This document shows positions 1-9,300 of a stretch of 64,000 nucleotides of DNA, one piece after another. Numbering within the stretch: the first letter of the stretch is position 1; each line of letters starts with the position of its first letter. Position numbers and translations under genes: made by a program. The notes beneath the pieces were generated by a model that was given only the letters and a program-made list of their open reading frames with translations, made no database searches and was not told the DNA's origin. The stretch is from an uncultured Pseudobdellovibrionaceae bacterium (lineage in GTDB: Bacteria > Patescibacteriota > Minisyncoccia > Moranbacterales > GCA-2747515). Location: positions 3,473 through 67,472 of the forward strand of contig CAYXCH010000011.1 in the NCBI GenBank assembly GCA_964463705.1, read 5' to 3'.

Positions 1-700
1 ACGGTGATGCCATCTCGCAGAGCAGCATCAATGATTGTTCGTCGTGTAATGCCTTCCAAAATATCCGATGCTGTATCCGGTGTAATCAGCGTATTGTCAC
101 GAACAAGGAAAATGTTTGCCGCAGTCAGTTCACTGACAAAGCCATCATGATTAAGGAATAATGCATCGTCGCAACCACTGTCCATTGCGTCTTGTTTTGC
201 CAAACAGGAGTTTACATATGCGCCATTGACCTTTGCGCGAGCGGGAATGGCATCATCACGTGTTCGGCGAAAGGTGCTGGTTTTAAGCGATGCGCCATCC
301 ATCGGAAGGATTGCCGTTGCATCATACAAGAAGATGCTCAGTTTTGGGGTAATGCCGGCGGTGCGAACACCGGGAATATCTGCGGTGGCATGAATGGTAA
401 TGCGCGCAAACATGTCACGAGTCGGAGCGACGGCACGAACCAACAGTTGCAGTGCATTGGAAAGATGTTCATCGGAATAATCCGCGTCTCGCATGCCAAT
501 CATGGCAGCACTTTCTCGCAGGCGTCGGAAGTGATCACCAAGGCGAAATCCATAGAGGCCGTTTGGGGTGTGAGAAAGTAACGCAACAGTATATACACTC
601 ATCCCATACAATACCGCGCTGCTGGTGATGGGAAGCGAAGCATCAGCATGATTAACAATATGCCCGTCATAGTATGCGATGGTGCTGATTTGTGCCATAG
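1..700 (-). CDS. Class IV (fold type IV) PLP aminotransferase, branched-chain / D-amino-acid aminotransferase family. The start is at 700 and the C-terminus runs off the window edge.
   Basis: Minus-strand translation from the ATG at 700 gives MAQISTIAYYDGHIV... It carries family-typical motifs: ...ELTAANIFLVRDNTLITP and ...EGITRRTII. It is absent from the ORF track because the frame is open to the window edge. It lies divergent to murI. Confidence 0.65.
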
Positions 701-757
701 TGATCATTCCTTTATACTGAAAGTATAGCGTGTAAGTGCCGTAGGAGCAATGGAGTC

Positions 758-1543
758 ATGAGAATTGGTGTATTTGATAGCGGGTTTGGAGGATTGGCGG
801 TACTGAGGGATCTTGTCCGACAATTTCCATCTCATGACTTTGTTTATCTTGGAGATACGGCGCGTGCCCCATATGGGAATCGGTCCACCGAAGCGGTACA
901 ACATTATACATATCAGGCGATACGATTTTTGCGCTCTCAACAGTGCGAGATGATTGTTATTGCGTGTAATACCGCATCGGCAATTGCTCTTGATGATGCG
1001 CGTCACCATTTTCCGGATACTGTGATTGAGGGAGTATCGGTTCCATTGGCAATGGCGGCAGTACGTTCCGGTGCGCAGCGTGTTGGGGTACTGGCAACAA
1101 CGGCAACCGTTCGCAGCGGTGTATTTCCACGGAATATTGCAAAGGAGCGAGCGTCAATACATGTTGTTCAAAATGCTTGCCCGATGTGGGTTCCTCTGGT
1201 GGAGAATGGAGAGACACAGACAGAGATTGTGCACATATATACCGCACGGTACGTGGCGCCGTTAATTGCGGCCCGTGTTGATACGGTGATTCTGGGGTGT
1301 ACGCACTATGAACTGCTATTTGACAGCATTGCTGCCGCTATGCCGGCGAACGTACACTTCATTCGCACCGGTGCGGTAATGGCAAAGCATTTACAACAGA
1401 TAATAGGTCCGACAACATCGACAACACCACGTACCGCACAGAGGCGATTCTTTACAACAGACTCTGTCAATGATTTTCAGCGTATGGGAAGCCTGTTTTA
1501 TCGCTCTCCCATCGTTCCATCCTATGTTCGTATTGATATATGA
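758..1543 (+). CDS. murI: Glutamate racemase
   Basis: Translation starts MRIGVFDSGFGGLAVLRDL and contains VIACNTAS and ILGCTHY. These are the canonical MurI motifs that carry the two catalytic Cys residues. Confidence 0.88.
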   Translation: MRIGVFDSGFGGLAVLRDLVRQFPSHDFVYLGDTARAPYGNRSTEAVQHYTYQAIRFLRSQQCEMIVIACNTASAIALDDARHHFPDTVIEGVSVPLAMAAVRSGAQRVGVLATTATVRSGVFPRNIAKERASIHVVQNACPMWVPLVENGETQTEIVHIYTARYVAPLIAARVDTVILGCTHYELLFDSIAAAMPANVHFIRTGAVMAKHLQQIIGPTTSTTPRTAQRRFFTTDSVNDFQRMGSLFYRSPIVPSYVRIDI

Positions 1544-1794
1544 AAACGTGGGCACAACGGGGTATCGTTACAATGGTGCAATGGTATCAGAAAGTGTTAT
1601 CATTTGATCATGGTATTCTTGGGAGAATATTTCCTCATGTTCGCGTGTGTCGGTATCACCCGAGTTGTTCACAGTACATGATTGAGGCGGTAGAGCGATT
1701 CGGTGTGGTGCGTGGTGTATGGATGGGAGTGCGGCGAGTGCTACGGTGTGCGCCGTGGGGATCATCCGGTGATGATCCGGTTCCAAAAGAGTAG
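1540..1794 (+). CDS. yidD: Membrane protein insertion efficiency factor YidD
   Basis: The 84-aa product contains the RYHPSCSQY motif of the YidD family (PF01809). Its start overlaps murI in a 4-nt ATGA overlap. Confidence 0.75.
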   Translation: MKTWAQRGIVTMVQWYQKVLSFDHGILGRIFPHVRVCRYHPSCSQYMIEAVERFGVVRGVWMGVRRVLRCAPWGSSGDDPVPKE

Positions 1795-1806
1795 GGTCTT
1801 CATATA

Positions 1807-1833
1807 TTGGCACTCAAAATTGACGAGTGCCAG
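1807..1833 (+). promoter_or_regulatory. CIRCE operator (HrcA binding site) upstream of hrcA, overlapping a TTGACG -35 element
   Basis: The sequence TTGGCACTC-N9-GAGTGCCAG matches the CIRCE consensus TTAGCACTC-N9-GAGTGCTAA. TTGACG sits in the 9-nt spacer, and TATACT (1843-1848) follows it after 18 nt. Confidence 0.7.
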
Positions 1834-1872
1834 CGAGCGACGTATACTGAAAACAGAGTAATCGGAAGACCA

Positions 1873-2601
1873 ATGAATGAGCGACAGGTAAAAATTCTTG
1901 CCGCGGTGGTGCGGGAATATACAAAGACCGGATTGCCAATTTCATCGGCGGCGCTATCTCAAGAGTTTGGCGTGTCCAGTGCAACGCTGCGAGCGGACAT
2001 GGCGGAATTGGAGGCGGAGGGCGTGTTGTATCAGCCCCATACATCTGCCGGTCGTATCCCGACAGATGAGGGATTTCGGTATTTTGTGGAGCATATCATG
2101 CCTGAGCGAGAGTTGTCACGTAGTGAACAGCAACAGTTACAGAAGGAATTGCTCAAATTAAAGGCGCAAAATACACGGCTTATGCGGACAACGGCAAAGC
2201 TGCTTTCCACTGTGGGTAATTGTGCGGCGGTGATGGTTAATGCAAAAACCGGTGAGGTTAGTGAGTTTGGATTGCGCAACCTTTTGGCAAATGCAGATAA
2301 AGACAATATTGATGATTTGTGTAAAATCGCTGAAACATTGGACTACATTGATGAGCGGTGCGATACGCTTATGCGAGAACTGCCTGATGGAGAGACACAG
2401 ATTTTTATTGGGGAAGAAAATCCGATTTCGCGGGCGAAGAATTATTCCATGGTGGTAAGCAAGTATGAAAAAAACGGTGAGGAGGGATTGATTGCGCTTA
2501 TCGGTCCGAAGAATATGAAGTATGACAAGAATAAATCACTGATTGATTATGTCAAAAAGTTTTTGGGCGGAGCGGCGGTTATCGTGTTGGTGGTGATGTA
2601 A
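1873..2601 (+). CDS. hrcA: Heat-inducible transcription repressor HrcA
   Basis: From MNERQVKILAAVVREYTKTGLPISSAALS...ATLRADMAELEAEGVLYQPHTSAGRIPTDEGFRYFV the product matches HrcA along its length. The 1807 ATG in the ORF track lies inside the CIRCE operator, so the 1873 start is preferred. Confidence 0.85.
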   Translation: MNERQVKILAAVVREYTKTGLPISSAALSQEFGVSSATLRADMAELEAEGVLYQPHTSAGRIPTDEGFRYFVEHIMPERELSRSEQQQLQKELLKLKAQNTRLMRTTAKLLSTVGNCAAVMVNAKTGEVSEFGLRNLLANADKDNIDDLCKIAETLDYIDERCDTLMRELPDGETQIFIGEENPISRAKNYSMVVSKYEKNGEEGLIALIGPKNMKYDKNKSLIDYVKKFLGGAAVIVLVVM

Positions 2602-3560
2602 TGATTAACAGTAAACATATGGCGACACAAAAGAACACGAGTGAAGATACGACACGACGGAAAACGACGGAAAATAAACACCCGGTGCAATACGATAAGC
2701 AGATTGAAGTATGTGCCGGTGCGACGATCTTGGATGAAGAGGGTCGTATCTTGTTGGCGAAAAGTCAAAAATGGAAGGATAAATACACTGTTCCCGGTGG
2801 ACACGTGGAGTATGGGGAGTCATTAGAGACGGCGTTGCGTCGGGAAATCACCGAGGAGATGGGAATTGATGTAGAGGTGGTGGCATGGTTACCGCCGGGA
2901 GAGTTGATCACAAAAGATCGGCATTATGTGTTTGCAGAGGCGGTATGTCGGTATACGGGGCCCAAAGAGGCGATTACTCCCTGTCCCAGAGAGTTTACCG
3001 GAGACATTCAGTGGATGACGGCAGAGGATGCGCTGGCGCAAGAAGAGATGCTTGCCGGAGATATAGCAAGTATGTTGCGTCGGTATGTGCAATGGAAAGA
3101 ATCTGCGGAAGCATTGGACGGATGGCGGCGATGCTTGGCGGACTTTGATAATTATAAGAAGCGTACCGCTGAAAGTGCACGGGAACGTGGAGATCAAGTG
3201 CGTCGGGATGTGATTGCACAGTTATTGCCGGTACTGGATAATTTTCGCGCCTCTCTTGAACATGTCCCCGCAGAGCATGCAGACAGTCCATGGGTAATGG
3301 GATTGAATTACATCAATAAGCAACTGTGTGATATTCTTGCGGAGCAAGGTTTGGAAGAAATGAGTGTCTCGGTGGGTGATGTGTTTGATGTAACAAAACA
3401 TGAGGCGGTGACAGATAATACAAATGACGCGGAGGAGACGAGTGATGCGGCAAAGGAAGATAATGAAACACCGACGATTGCCAAAGTTGTTGCCGGTGGA
3501 TACACCATGAATGGTGCGGTCATTCGCCCCGCTCGTGTGGTTGTACGATCCAAAAATTAG
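2601..3560 (+). CDS. grpE: NUDIX hydrolase domain fused to nucleotide exchange factor GrpE
   Basis: The N-terminal half carries a Nudix box, GGHVEYGESLETALRREITEEMGI. The C-terminal half is GrpE: DFDNYKKRTAESARERGD...LLPVLDNFRASLEH...GYTMNGAVIRPARVVV. The two halves form one continuous frame. The start overlaps the hrcA stop in an ATGTAATG arrangement. Confidence 0.75.
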   Translation: MINSKHMATQKNTSEDTTRRKTTENKHPVQYDKQIEVCAGATILDEEGRILLAKSQKWKDKYTVPGGHVEYGESLETALRREITEEMGIDVEVVAWLPPGELITKDRHYVFAEAVCRYTGPKEAITPCPREFTGDIQWMTAEDALAQEEMLAGDIASMLRRYVQWKESAEALDGWRRCLADFDNYKKRTAESARERGDQVRRDVIAQLLPVLDNFRASLEHVPAEHADSPWVMGLNYINKQLCDILAEQGLEEMSVSVGDVFDVTKHEAVTDNTNDAEETSDAAKEDNETPTIAKVVAGGYTMNGAVIRPARVVVRSKN

Positions 3561-3583
3561 CACTCTCTTGACGAGAGTGCCAG
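3557..3583 (+). promoter_or_regulatory. Second CIRCE operator with an embedded promoter upstream of dnaK
   Basis: The sequence TTAGCACTC-N9-GAGTGCCAG is a CIRCE element. TTGACG (3568-3573) lies in its spacer. After 18 nt comes TATAGT (3592-3597), about 50 nt before the dnaK ATG. Confidence 0.75.
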
Positions 3584-3646
3584 TTTTTTGGTATAGTGAA
3601 GTCGTATCGGAGCGATACGAATTAAACAAGTATAAATGAAAAACCT

Positions 3647-5554
3647 ATGGCAAAGATTTTGGGTATTGACTTGGGAACAACAAACTCCGCAATGGCGGTG
3701 GTGGAAGGCGGAAAGCCGACGATTGTGGAAAATGCGGAAGGGCAGCGCACAACACCGTCCATGGTTGCGGTCAATAAGAATGGTGAGCGATTGGTCGGGT
3801 TGTTGGCGAAACGTCAAGCGGTAACCAATCCGAAAAACACCCTGTTCAGCGTTAAGCGATTGATTGGTCGAATGTTTGACGATCCGGAAGTGCAGCAGGA
3901 CCTAAAACTGTTTCCGTTTGATGTAAAGAAAGCGGACAATGGCGGAATTCTTGTGGTGATGGGAGACAAGGAATATACACCGCAGGAAATCAGCGCAATG
4001 GTTCTCTCCAAACTGAAAGCGGATGCGGAAGAGAAGTTGGGAACGACGATTTCCGAGGCGGTGATTACCGTACCGGCATATTTTGATGACGCGCAGCGCA
4101 AGGCGACAAAGGAGGCCGGTGAAATTGCGGGTCTGAAAGTGCGGCGCATTATCAATGAGCCGACGGCTGCCGCATTGGCATATGGCTTTGATAAGAAGAA
4201 GGAAGAGAAGATTGTCGTTTATGACCTTGGTGGTGGAACGTTTGATGTGTCGGTATTGGAAGTGGGAGATGATACGGTGGAAGTGAAATCCACACACGGT
4301 GATACGCATTTGGGAGGAGACGATTTTGATCAAGTGCTCATCAACTACATTATTGAAGAGTTCAAGAAGTCCGAGGGCATTGATTTGTCCAAGCAAAATG
4401 ATGCATTGCAGCGCATTAAAGAAGCGGCGGAAAAAGCGAAGATTGAGCTGTCTACCGCACAGGAAACGGAGGTTAATCAGCCGTTTATCACGGCGGATGA
4501 AAACGGGCCGAAGCACTTGGTGATGACAATCACACGAGCGAAATACGAAGAGCTGGTTCATGATCTTATTCAAAAGACATTGGAGCCGGTAGAGGCGGCA
4601 ATTTCGGAAGCGGGATTGACAAAGAGCGATATTAACGAAGTTGTCATGGTGGGAGGAATGACTCGCACCCCGGCGATTATTGCGGCGGTAGAGAAGTACT
4701 TCGGCAAGAAACCGAATGTCAGTGTCAATCCGGATGAGGTGGTTGCATTGGGCGCTGCGATTCAAGGTGGCGTACTGCAAGGTGATGTAAAGGATGTGCT
4801 GTTGTTGGATGTGACACCGCTAACGTTATCCATTGAAACAATGGGGGGTGTGGCAACGCCATTGATTGAAAAGAACACAACAATCCCGGCAAAGAAATCA
4901 CAAATTTTCTCTACGGCGGCGGATAATCAGCCGAGTGTGGAAATTCATGTGGTGCAGGGAGAACGTCAGATGGCGGCGGATAACAAATCATTGGGACGGT
5001 TTGTGTTGGATGGTATTGCGCCGGCACCGCGCGGGGTACCGCAGATTGAGGTGACGTTTGATATTGATGCCAACGGTATCCTCAATGTATCCGCAAAGGA
5101 TAAGGCAACCGGCAAGGAGCAGTCTATCAAGATTGAAGCGTCCAGCGGTTTGACGGAAGAGGAGATTGAGCGCATGAAGAAAGACGCCGAGGCGCATGCC
5201 GAAGAGGACAAGAAGAAGAAAGAGTTGGCGGAGGCACGCAATATGGCGGATACGCTCATTTTCTCCACGGAGAAAGCGCTAAAAGACGCCGGAGATAAGA
5301 TTACGGAAGAGGAGAAAGCGCCGGTAGTGGAGAAGATGAATGCGTTGCGCGGAGTGTTGAAGAACGATGCGGCAACACTGGAGGAGATTAAGACGGCAAC
5401 GGAGGAATTTTCCACGGCGGCACAGGCAATCAGTGAGAAACTTATGAAGGCGGCACAAGATGCCGATGCGGCAAAGAAGGAGGAGAGCGGCACCAATACG
5501 GAGCCAAAGGAGGCGGAAGTGGAAGATGATACAGCCGACACGGATAAGAAATAA
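3647..5554 (+). CDS. dnaK: Chaperone DnaK (Hsp70)
   Basis: The 635-aa product aligns with Hsp70 along its full length. It carries the IDLGTTNS and DLGGGTFD signatures and an acidic C-terminal tail. Confidence 0.97.
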   Translation: MAKILGIDLGTTNSAMAVVEGGKPTIVENAEGQRTTPSMVAVNKNGERLVGLLAKRQAVTNPKNTLFSVKRLIGRMFDDPEVQQDLKLFPFDVKKADNGGILVVMGDKEYTPQEISAMVLSKLKADAEEKLGTTISEAVITVPAYFDDAQRKATKEAGEIAGLKVRRIINEPTAAALAYGFDKKKEEKIVVYDLGGGTFDVSVLEVGDDTVEVKSTHGDTHLGGDDFDQVLINYIIEEFKKSEGIDLSKQNDALQRIKEAAEKAKIELSTAQETEVNQPFITADENGPKHLVMTITRAKYEELVHDLIQKTLEPVEAAISEAGLTKSDINEVVMVGGMTRTPAIIAAVEKYFGKKPNVSVNPDEVVALGAAIQGGVLQGDVKDVLLLDVTPLTLSIETMGGVATPLIEKNTTIPAKKSQIFSTAADNQPSVEIHVVQGERQMAADNKSLGRFVLDGIAPAPRGVPQIEVTFDIDANGILNVSAKDKATGKEQSIKIEASSGLTEEEIERMKKDAEAHAEEDKKKKELAEARNMADTLIFSTEKALKDAGDKITEEEKAPVVEKMNALRGVLKNDAATLEEIKTATEEFSTAAQAISEKLMKAAQDADAAKKEESGTNTEPKEAEVEDDTADTDKK

Positions 5555-5569
5555 CGTTGTCCGCTGCAA

Positions 5570-5600
5570 GCGCCGTACCGATAAGGTGCGGCGCTTTGTG
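5570..5600 (+). terminator. Putative intrinsic terminator downstream of dnaK
   Basis: A GCGCCG ... CGGCGC stem flanks a 12-nt loop and is followed by TTTGTGG. Confidence 0.4.
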
Positions 5601-5613
5601 GTATCATGGAATT

Positions 5614-6531
5614 ATGACGTTTACACCAGACAATAAGAATAATACTCCTCCCGGTAAGGAGTGTTCCTCTCATCATCAGGATCCCTGCACCTCTGTGGAT
5701 GCGCGAATGTGTGAGTTGTGTGGAGAATGTACGGGATTAGATTTAAACAAACAAATTTTGCAAGAATTGCATCATCGATCCAAGGCGGTATACTCGACGT
5801 TTTTTGATGATACGAAACATATTCGCTTAATGGAATTGGCCGTGTCCGATCTTATTACATATCGCGACTCCCGTGCGGTGCCGATGTTTTTTCGTACAGT
5901 TTATGATCTTTGTGCAGATTATAGTAATATTCATGTTGATGCTGTCCGACAGCGATTGGACACTGAAACAACGGCACCAATCTTGCGAGAGGGAGCATTT
6001 CTTTTGGAGTGGGTTAATTTACTGACAAAGGAAGCAACAAAGGAAAATGACAGGGAGAAGTTATATTTAATAAAGTATGCATGCATTGCTGGAATGTTTC
6101 GTGGCGGCGCTTTTATTGCCTGGGTAAAGGAAGACGCTCCATCTTCCAATACTGACCACAATCCCGCGATGGAAGTTTTTTCTACGGAGTTCGGCCAGAT
6201 CGCTGTTCATGTTCATAGAAAAAAAGTGCCGCAGATACTGGAATTGCTTGCAAAAGCGATTGGTGTCCAAAAGGTGGAATTAGAACATACAAATCTTTTT
6301 CATAAAAAAAATCGCAGAAGCAGGATTCGTTCAATTGTGAGTGGGGAGCATCCATTTGATCCATCATATGCTACAATGGCACAGAGAACAGATGTTTACG
6401 GCACTTGGGGGTATCGCCGCCACTCATCGTTGCAACACAGTCTTGCACAGTTGGCGCAGGTATATTATGGCAATAAAAGCGATGATGTAACAGAGATGAT
6501 ACAGCGATACACTCAAACGCTATGGGAATAA
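5614..6531 (+). CDS. Hypothetical protein with an N-terminal Cys cluster. It sits in lower-GC DNA at the position where dnaJ is usually found.
   Basis: The long ORF starts MTFTPDNK... and has the Cys pattern C-x6-C ... C-x2-C-x2-C. I recognise no family. The track's alternative TTG start at 5557 would read through the putative terminator. Confidence 0.4.
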   Translation: MTFTPDNKNNTPPGKECSSHHQDPCTSVDARMCELCGECTGLDLNKQILQELHHRSKAVYSTFFDDTKHIRLMELAVSDLITYRDSRAVPMFFRTVYDLCADYSNIHVDAVRQRLDTETTAPILREGAFLLEWVNLLTKEATKENDREKLYLIKYACIAGMFRGGAFIAWVKEDAPSSNTDHNPAMEVFSTEFGQIAVHVHRKKVPQILELLAKAIGVQKVELEHTNLFHKKNRRSRIRSIVSGEHPFDPSYATMAQRTDVYGTWGYRRHSSLQHSLAQLAQVYYGNKSDDVTEMIQRYTQTLWE

Positions 6532-6551
6532 TTTTTTAACAAGGATGCCAT

Positions 6552-6977
6552 ATGACAACGTCTCCGACAATTCGTGCACAGACATCACTTGCTGTTGTGG
6601 TGGTGCGAGATGCGCAAACGCAACCAATGGTTTCCGCCGCCGCCGATGTGTTTGTTCATGCCGGTGCGCGAAAGGAAGACATCAGCATCATTGATGCACC
6701 GTCGTTATTCCATATACCGCTTGTCGTTAAATCATTGGCGGAGTCCCGAGATTTTGACGGGGTGGTTATCTTGGCACATGCGTTGCGCAGTGATCGTGAT
6801 CGGTATGAGATGGAGGTTCCGGAAGTATATCGTGCGGTAATGGACATTATGACCTCCACCGGCATGCCGCTTGCCGTCGGTATCGCGCTGTGCAAATCCG
6901 CTCGGGCCTGCGCGTCCGTGCACCGAACGGTGGCGCAACGAGCGGCAAAGGAATTAACGATATTGGTGTCCCGATAG
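6552..6977 (+). CDS. Flavodoxin-like-fold protein resembling 6,7-dimethyl-8-ribityllumazine synthase (RibH-like)
   Basis: The segment IDAPSLFHIPLVVKSLAESRDFDGVVILAHALRSDRD...VYRAVMDIMTSTGMPLAVGIAL parallels the lumazine synthase core (VPGAFEIPLAAKKL...YDAVIALGAVIRGAT...GVPVIFGVL). No other riboflavin genes are nearby. Confidence 0.4.
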   Translation: MTTSPTIRAQTSLAVVVVRDAQTQPMVSAAADVFVHAGARKEDISIIDAPSLFHIPLVVKSLAESRDFDGVVILAHALRSDRDRYEMEVPEVYRAVMDIMTSTGMPLAVGIALCKSARACASVHRTVAQRAAKELTILVSR

Positions 6978-6979
6978 TC

Positions 6980-8119
6980 ATGCATATTGCGGTTCATGCA
7001 GCGGATTTGGATCATGCGCGCACAGATGGGACACGGGTGTATATAAAGGAAGTATTATCTCGTCTCGGTGCGTGTGCACCACAAGAGGATGTAACACTGT
7101 ATCATCGTCATGTGTTTGCGCCGCATCATGCTCCCACGCAGTTTCCACGGTATCGCGAGCGGAGGGTGTCCGCGCCTTTTCTTTGGACACAAACACGATT
7201 TGCAGCGGAATTGTATCGTGCATCTGCCGATGTTGTATGGATGCCGGTTCAGTCGGCGCCGTACTTGGCACCGCCACGTATTCCGATTGTGGTGACAATT
7301 CATGATGTGGCGTTCCGACGATTTCCTCAAATGTTTCCCCGTCAGGATGTATTTTCGCTTAATATTTTAACGTCGTTGGCGCTTCGCCGCGCCCGACACG
7401 TAATCGCTGTTTCGGAGACGACGCGAGAGGATATTCTGCGATACTATCCGTTTGTAGATCCTCAGCGTGTTCATGTAATCCATCATGGATATACACCAAT
7501 GCGGGAAGTGTCGTCCCGGTTGCGTGACCGTGTGTTGTCGCAGTACGGTATTATCGCTACTTCGCCGTATATTTTATATGTTGGAGCGATGCAACCGCGG
7601 AAAAATCTTGCGCGATTGGTGGATGCGTTTACGCGTATTGCTCATCGAATACCGGATGTGCAGTTGGTTCTTGCGGGTGCGGATGGTTGGATGGCACAAG
7701 CTACTCATGATGCCGTGCATCGCAGCGCCGCTCGTCATCGAATTATCCGTACCGGCGCATTACCATTTGCTCATGTTCGCGCACTATATGCCGCTGCGCA
7801 TGCGGTGGCGTTTCCATCGTTATATGAAGGATTTGGCTTGCCGATATTGGAGGCGTTCAGCGCTGATGTTCCGGTACTGGCGGCGCGCAGCGGTGGAATT
7901 GTTGATGTGGTGGCTGCCGACACACCGTCTTGTGCCGCCTTGTTATGTGATCCGTATGATGTGGACGATATGGCCGCCGCTTTGGAGCGAGTTGTAACCG
8001 ATTCGGAGCTAAGAGCCCGGTTGGTGGAACGAGGACGACAACGACTTATGAAGTTTTCGTGGGAAACATGTACAGAGCAAACGCTGCAAGTGTTGCGCAC
8101 AGCGGCACAAGAATGCTGA
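6980..8119 (+). CDS. Glycosyltransferase family 4 (GT-B fold)
   Basis: The C-terminal domain reads ...YVGAMQPRKNLARLVDAF...LVLAGADGW...EGFGLPILEAFSADVPVLAARSGGIVDVV. The internal start MHIAV lies 3 nt after the previous stop. Confidence 0.8.
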   Translation: MHIAVHAADLDHARTDGTRVYIKEVLSRLGACAPQEDVTLYHRHVFAPHHAPTQFPRYRERRVSAPFLWTQTRFAAELYRASADVVWMPVQSAPYLAPPRIPIVVTIHDVAFRRFPQMFPRQDVFSLNILTSLALRRARHVIAVSETTREDILRYYPFVDPQRVHVIHHGYTPMREVSSRLRDRVLSQYGIIATSPYILYVGAMQPRKNLARLVDAFTRIAHRIPDVQLVLAGADGWMAQATHDAVHRSAARHRIIRTGALPFAHVRALYAAAHAVAFPSLYEGFGLPILEAFSADVPVLAARSGGIVDVVAADTPSCAALLCDPYDVDDMAAALERVVTDSELRARLVERGRQRLMKFSWETCTEQTLQVLRTAAQEC

Positions 8120-8390
8120 GCGCCGCCCATGAATAGCCAAGTAATGATAATATTGTTACTCCGGTGGCAAGTAGTGCGATAAAGAAGAGTGTTCGTCGTT
8201 GGGGACGAACGATACGATGGTCCGGCGGGAAGAGGGTGATGCTGATAATCAGTGCGCCAAATACCGCCGAAAGCGGCATGGTGCGGGTAAGACTGCCGGG
8301 AAGAATCAGTTCACTGACGATGATTATAGCAAGCGATACCATCGCCAGGCGTAAGAAATCATATCGGAGATGTGTCAGAAGAGTATACAT
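8046..8390 (-). CDS. Small hydrophobic membrane protein, the last gene of a minus-strand operon
   Basis: It is predominantly hydrophobic with 2-3 predicted TM segments. A start at MYTLL (8390) directly abuts the upstream stop at 8392. The track's longer frame (to 8540) would overlap the upstream gene. Confidence 0.3.
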   Translation of the reverse strand: MYTLLTHLRYDFLRLAMVSLAIIIVSELILPGSLTRTMPLSAVFGALIISITLFPPDHRIVRPQRRTLFFIALLATGVTILSLLGYSWAALSILVPLCATLAAFALYMFPTKTS

Positions 8391-8391
8391 A

Positions 8392-9300
8392 TTAGTGGGG
8401 TAATCGTTCAGTAATTTGTGTACGAAAACGAGAAAGTCGTTCTCGGAATGCAGAGAATGTTTTTGCGCGGTGAAGTGTAATGCGAGCATGGTGGAACTGA
8501 TCATGAGGGAATGAGAATGTAAACAGATAATCTGTGCCAATCAGGGAACGTAGAGAGTGTAGCGAACATCGGTAACGATAGGTTGTTGCGGAAAAAGAGG
8601 GGCGGGCGGTACATGGTGCAAGTGTATTGCGAGATGCCGAAGTTATTTCTACTGCGGGGACGGGCGGTTTATCGGTAAGAGGGACAAGCGCTTTTTTATC
8701 AAGTTTGTAATAAACGATTGTATCGGGTGAGTCATGGGCAGCAACATAGGTGCCGTGCGGATGTTGATCGCGGAGAGTAAACAGGGGGCCACGCTCAAAT
8801 TGTGCAATGTCCGCTGCCGCTACATCGGTACGGACCGCCTCAAATGACCATCCTTTGGCGAGGAGTGTTCTCGCACTGACAATGGGGCGTACCATTGTAT
8901 CATCTACTATCCATACGCCATCCCGGTAGGCAAATAGTGATCCTGATGATAGTGAAGAGGTGTTTGATGGGGACGGAGGGGCTGCCATGGATGCAATTGG
9001 CAGTGTTAGAATACCACGATATCCGCGACGAACGGTGGGAGGTTCCGGTTTTGGTGCGTTTGAACGAACGGTTAACGTTACGGTGGCAGTGTCAAATGTT
9101 CCGATTGTGGCGGCGGAAAATGTTAATGGATTGGTTTGATGAATGACCAGGGTATTGGATTGTGCTCGTGGCGTGTCGGCATTAAACACAAAAACGGCGC
9201 GTGGAAACACGGTCTCCGATATGACGTACAGCACACCAATACTATAGGCGGCATACAGTATAATTCGTGCGTATCGTACGGTTCGGGGTGAAGTACTCAT
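8392..9300 (-). CDS. Hypothetical membrane-anchored protein with one N-terminal TM segment and an extracytoplasmic domain
   Basis: The 302-aa ORF has the hydrophobic N-terminus RIILYAAYSIGVLYVI. Its start overlaps the stop of the upstream GT-C-like gene in an ATGA overlap. Confidence 0.4.
   Translation of the reverse strand: MSTSPRTVRYARIILYAAYSIGVLYVISETVFPRAVFVFNADTPRAQSNTLVIHQTNPLTFSAATIGTFDTATVTLTVRSNAPKPEPPTVRRGYRGILTLPIASMAAPPSPSNTSSLSSGSLFAYRDGVWIVDDTMVRPIVSARTLLAKGWSFEAVRTDVAAADIAQFERGPLFTLRDQHPHGTYVAAHDSPDTIVYYKLDKKALVPLTDKPPVPAVEITSASRNTLAPCTARPSFSATTYRYRCSLHSLRSLIGTDYLFTFSFPHDQFHHARITLHRAKTFSAFRERLSRFRTQITERLPH

Noticed and set aside
192-581. Plus-strand ORF of 129 aa (MFCQTGVYICAIDL...)
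   Set aside because: It lies antisense inside the much better supported minus-strand class IV aminotransferase frame. It has no recognisable motifs and is Cys- and Gly-rich in the way typical of spurious reverse-frame ORFs.
3902-5676. Long minus-strand ORFs (292 aa, 236 aa) antisense to dnaK
   Set aside because: They are shadow ORFs inside the dnaK coding region. dnaK is full-length and canonical.
8046-8540. Full-length 164-aa version of the small minus-strand membrane ORF
   Set aside because: The longer frame overlaps the 3' end of the upstream gene 8392-9300 by about 150 nt in another frame. An internal start at 8390 that abuts the upstream stop is more consistent with operon structure.
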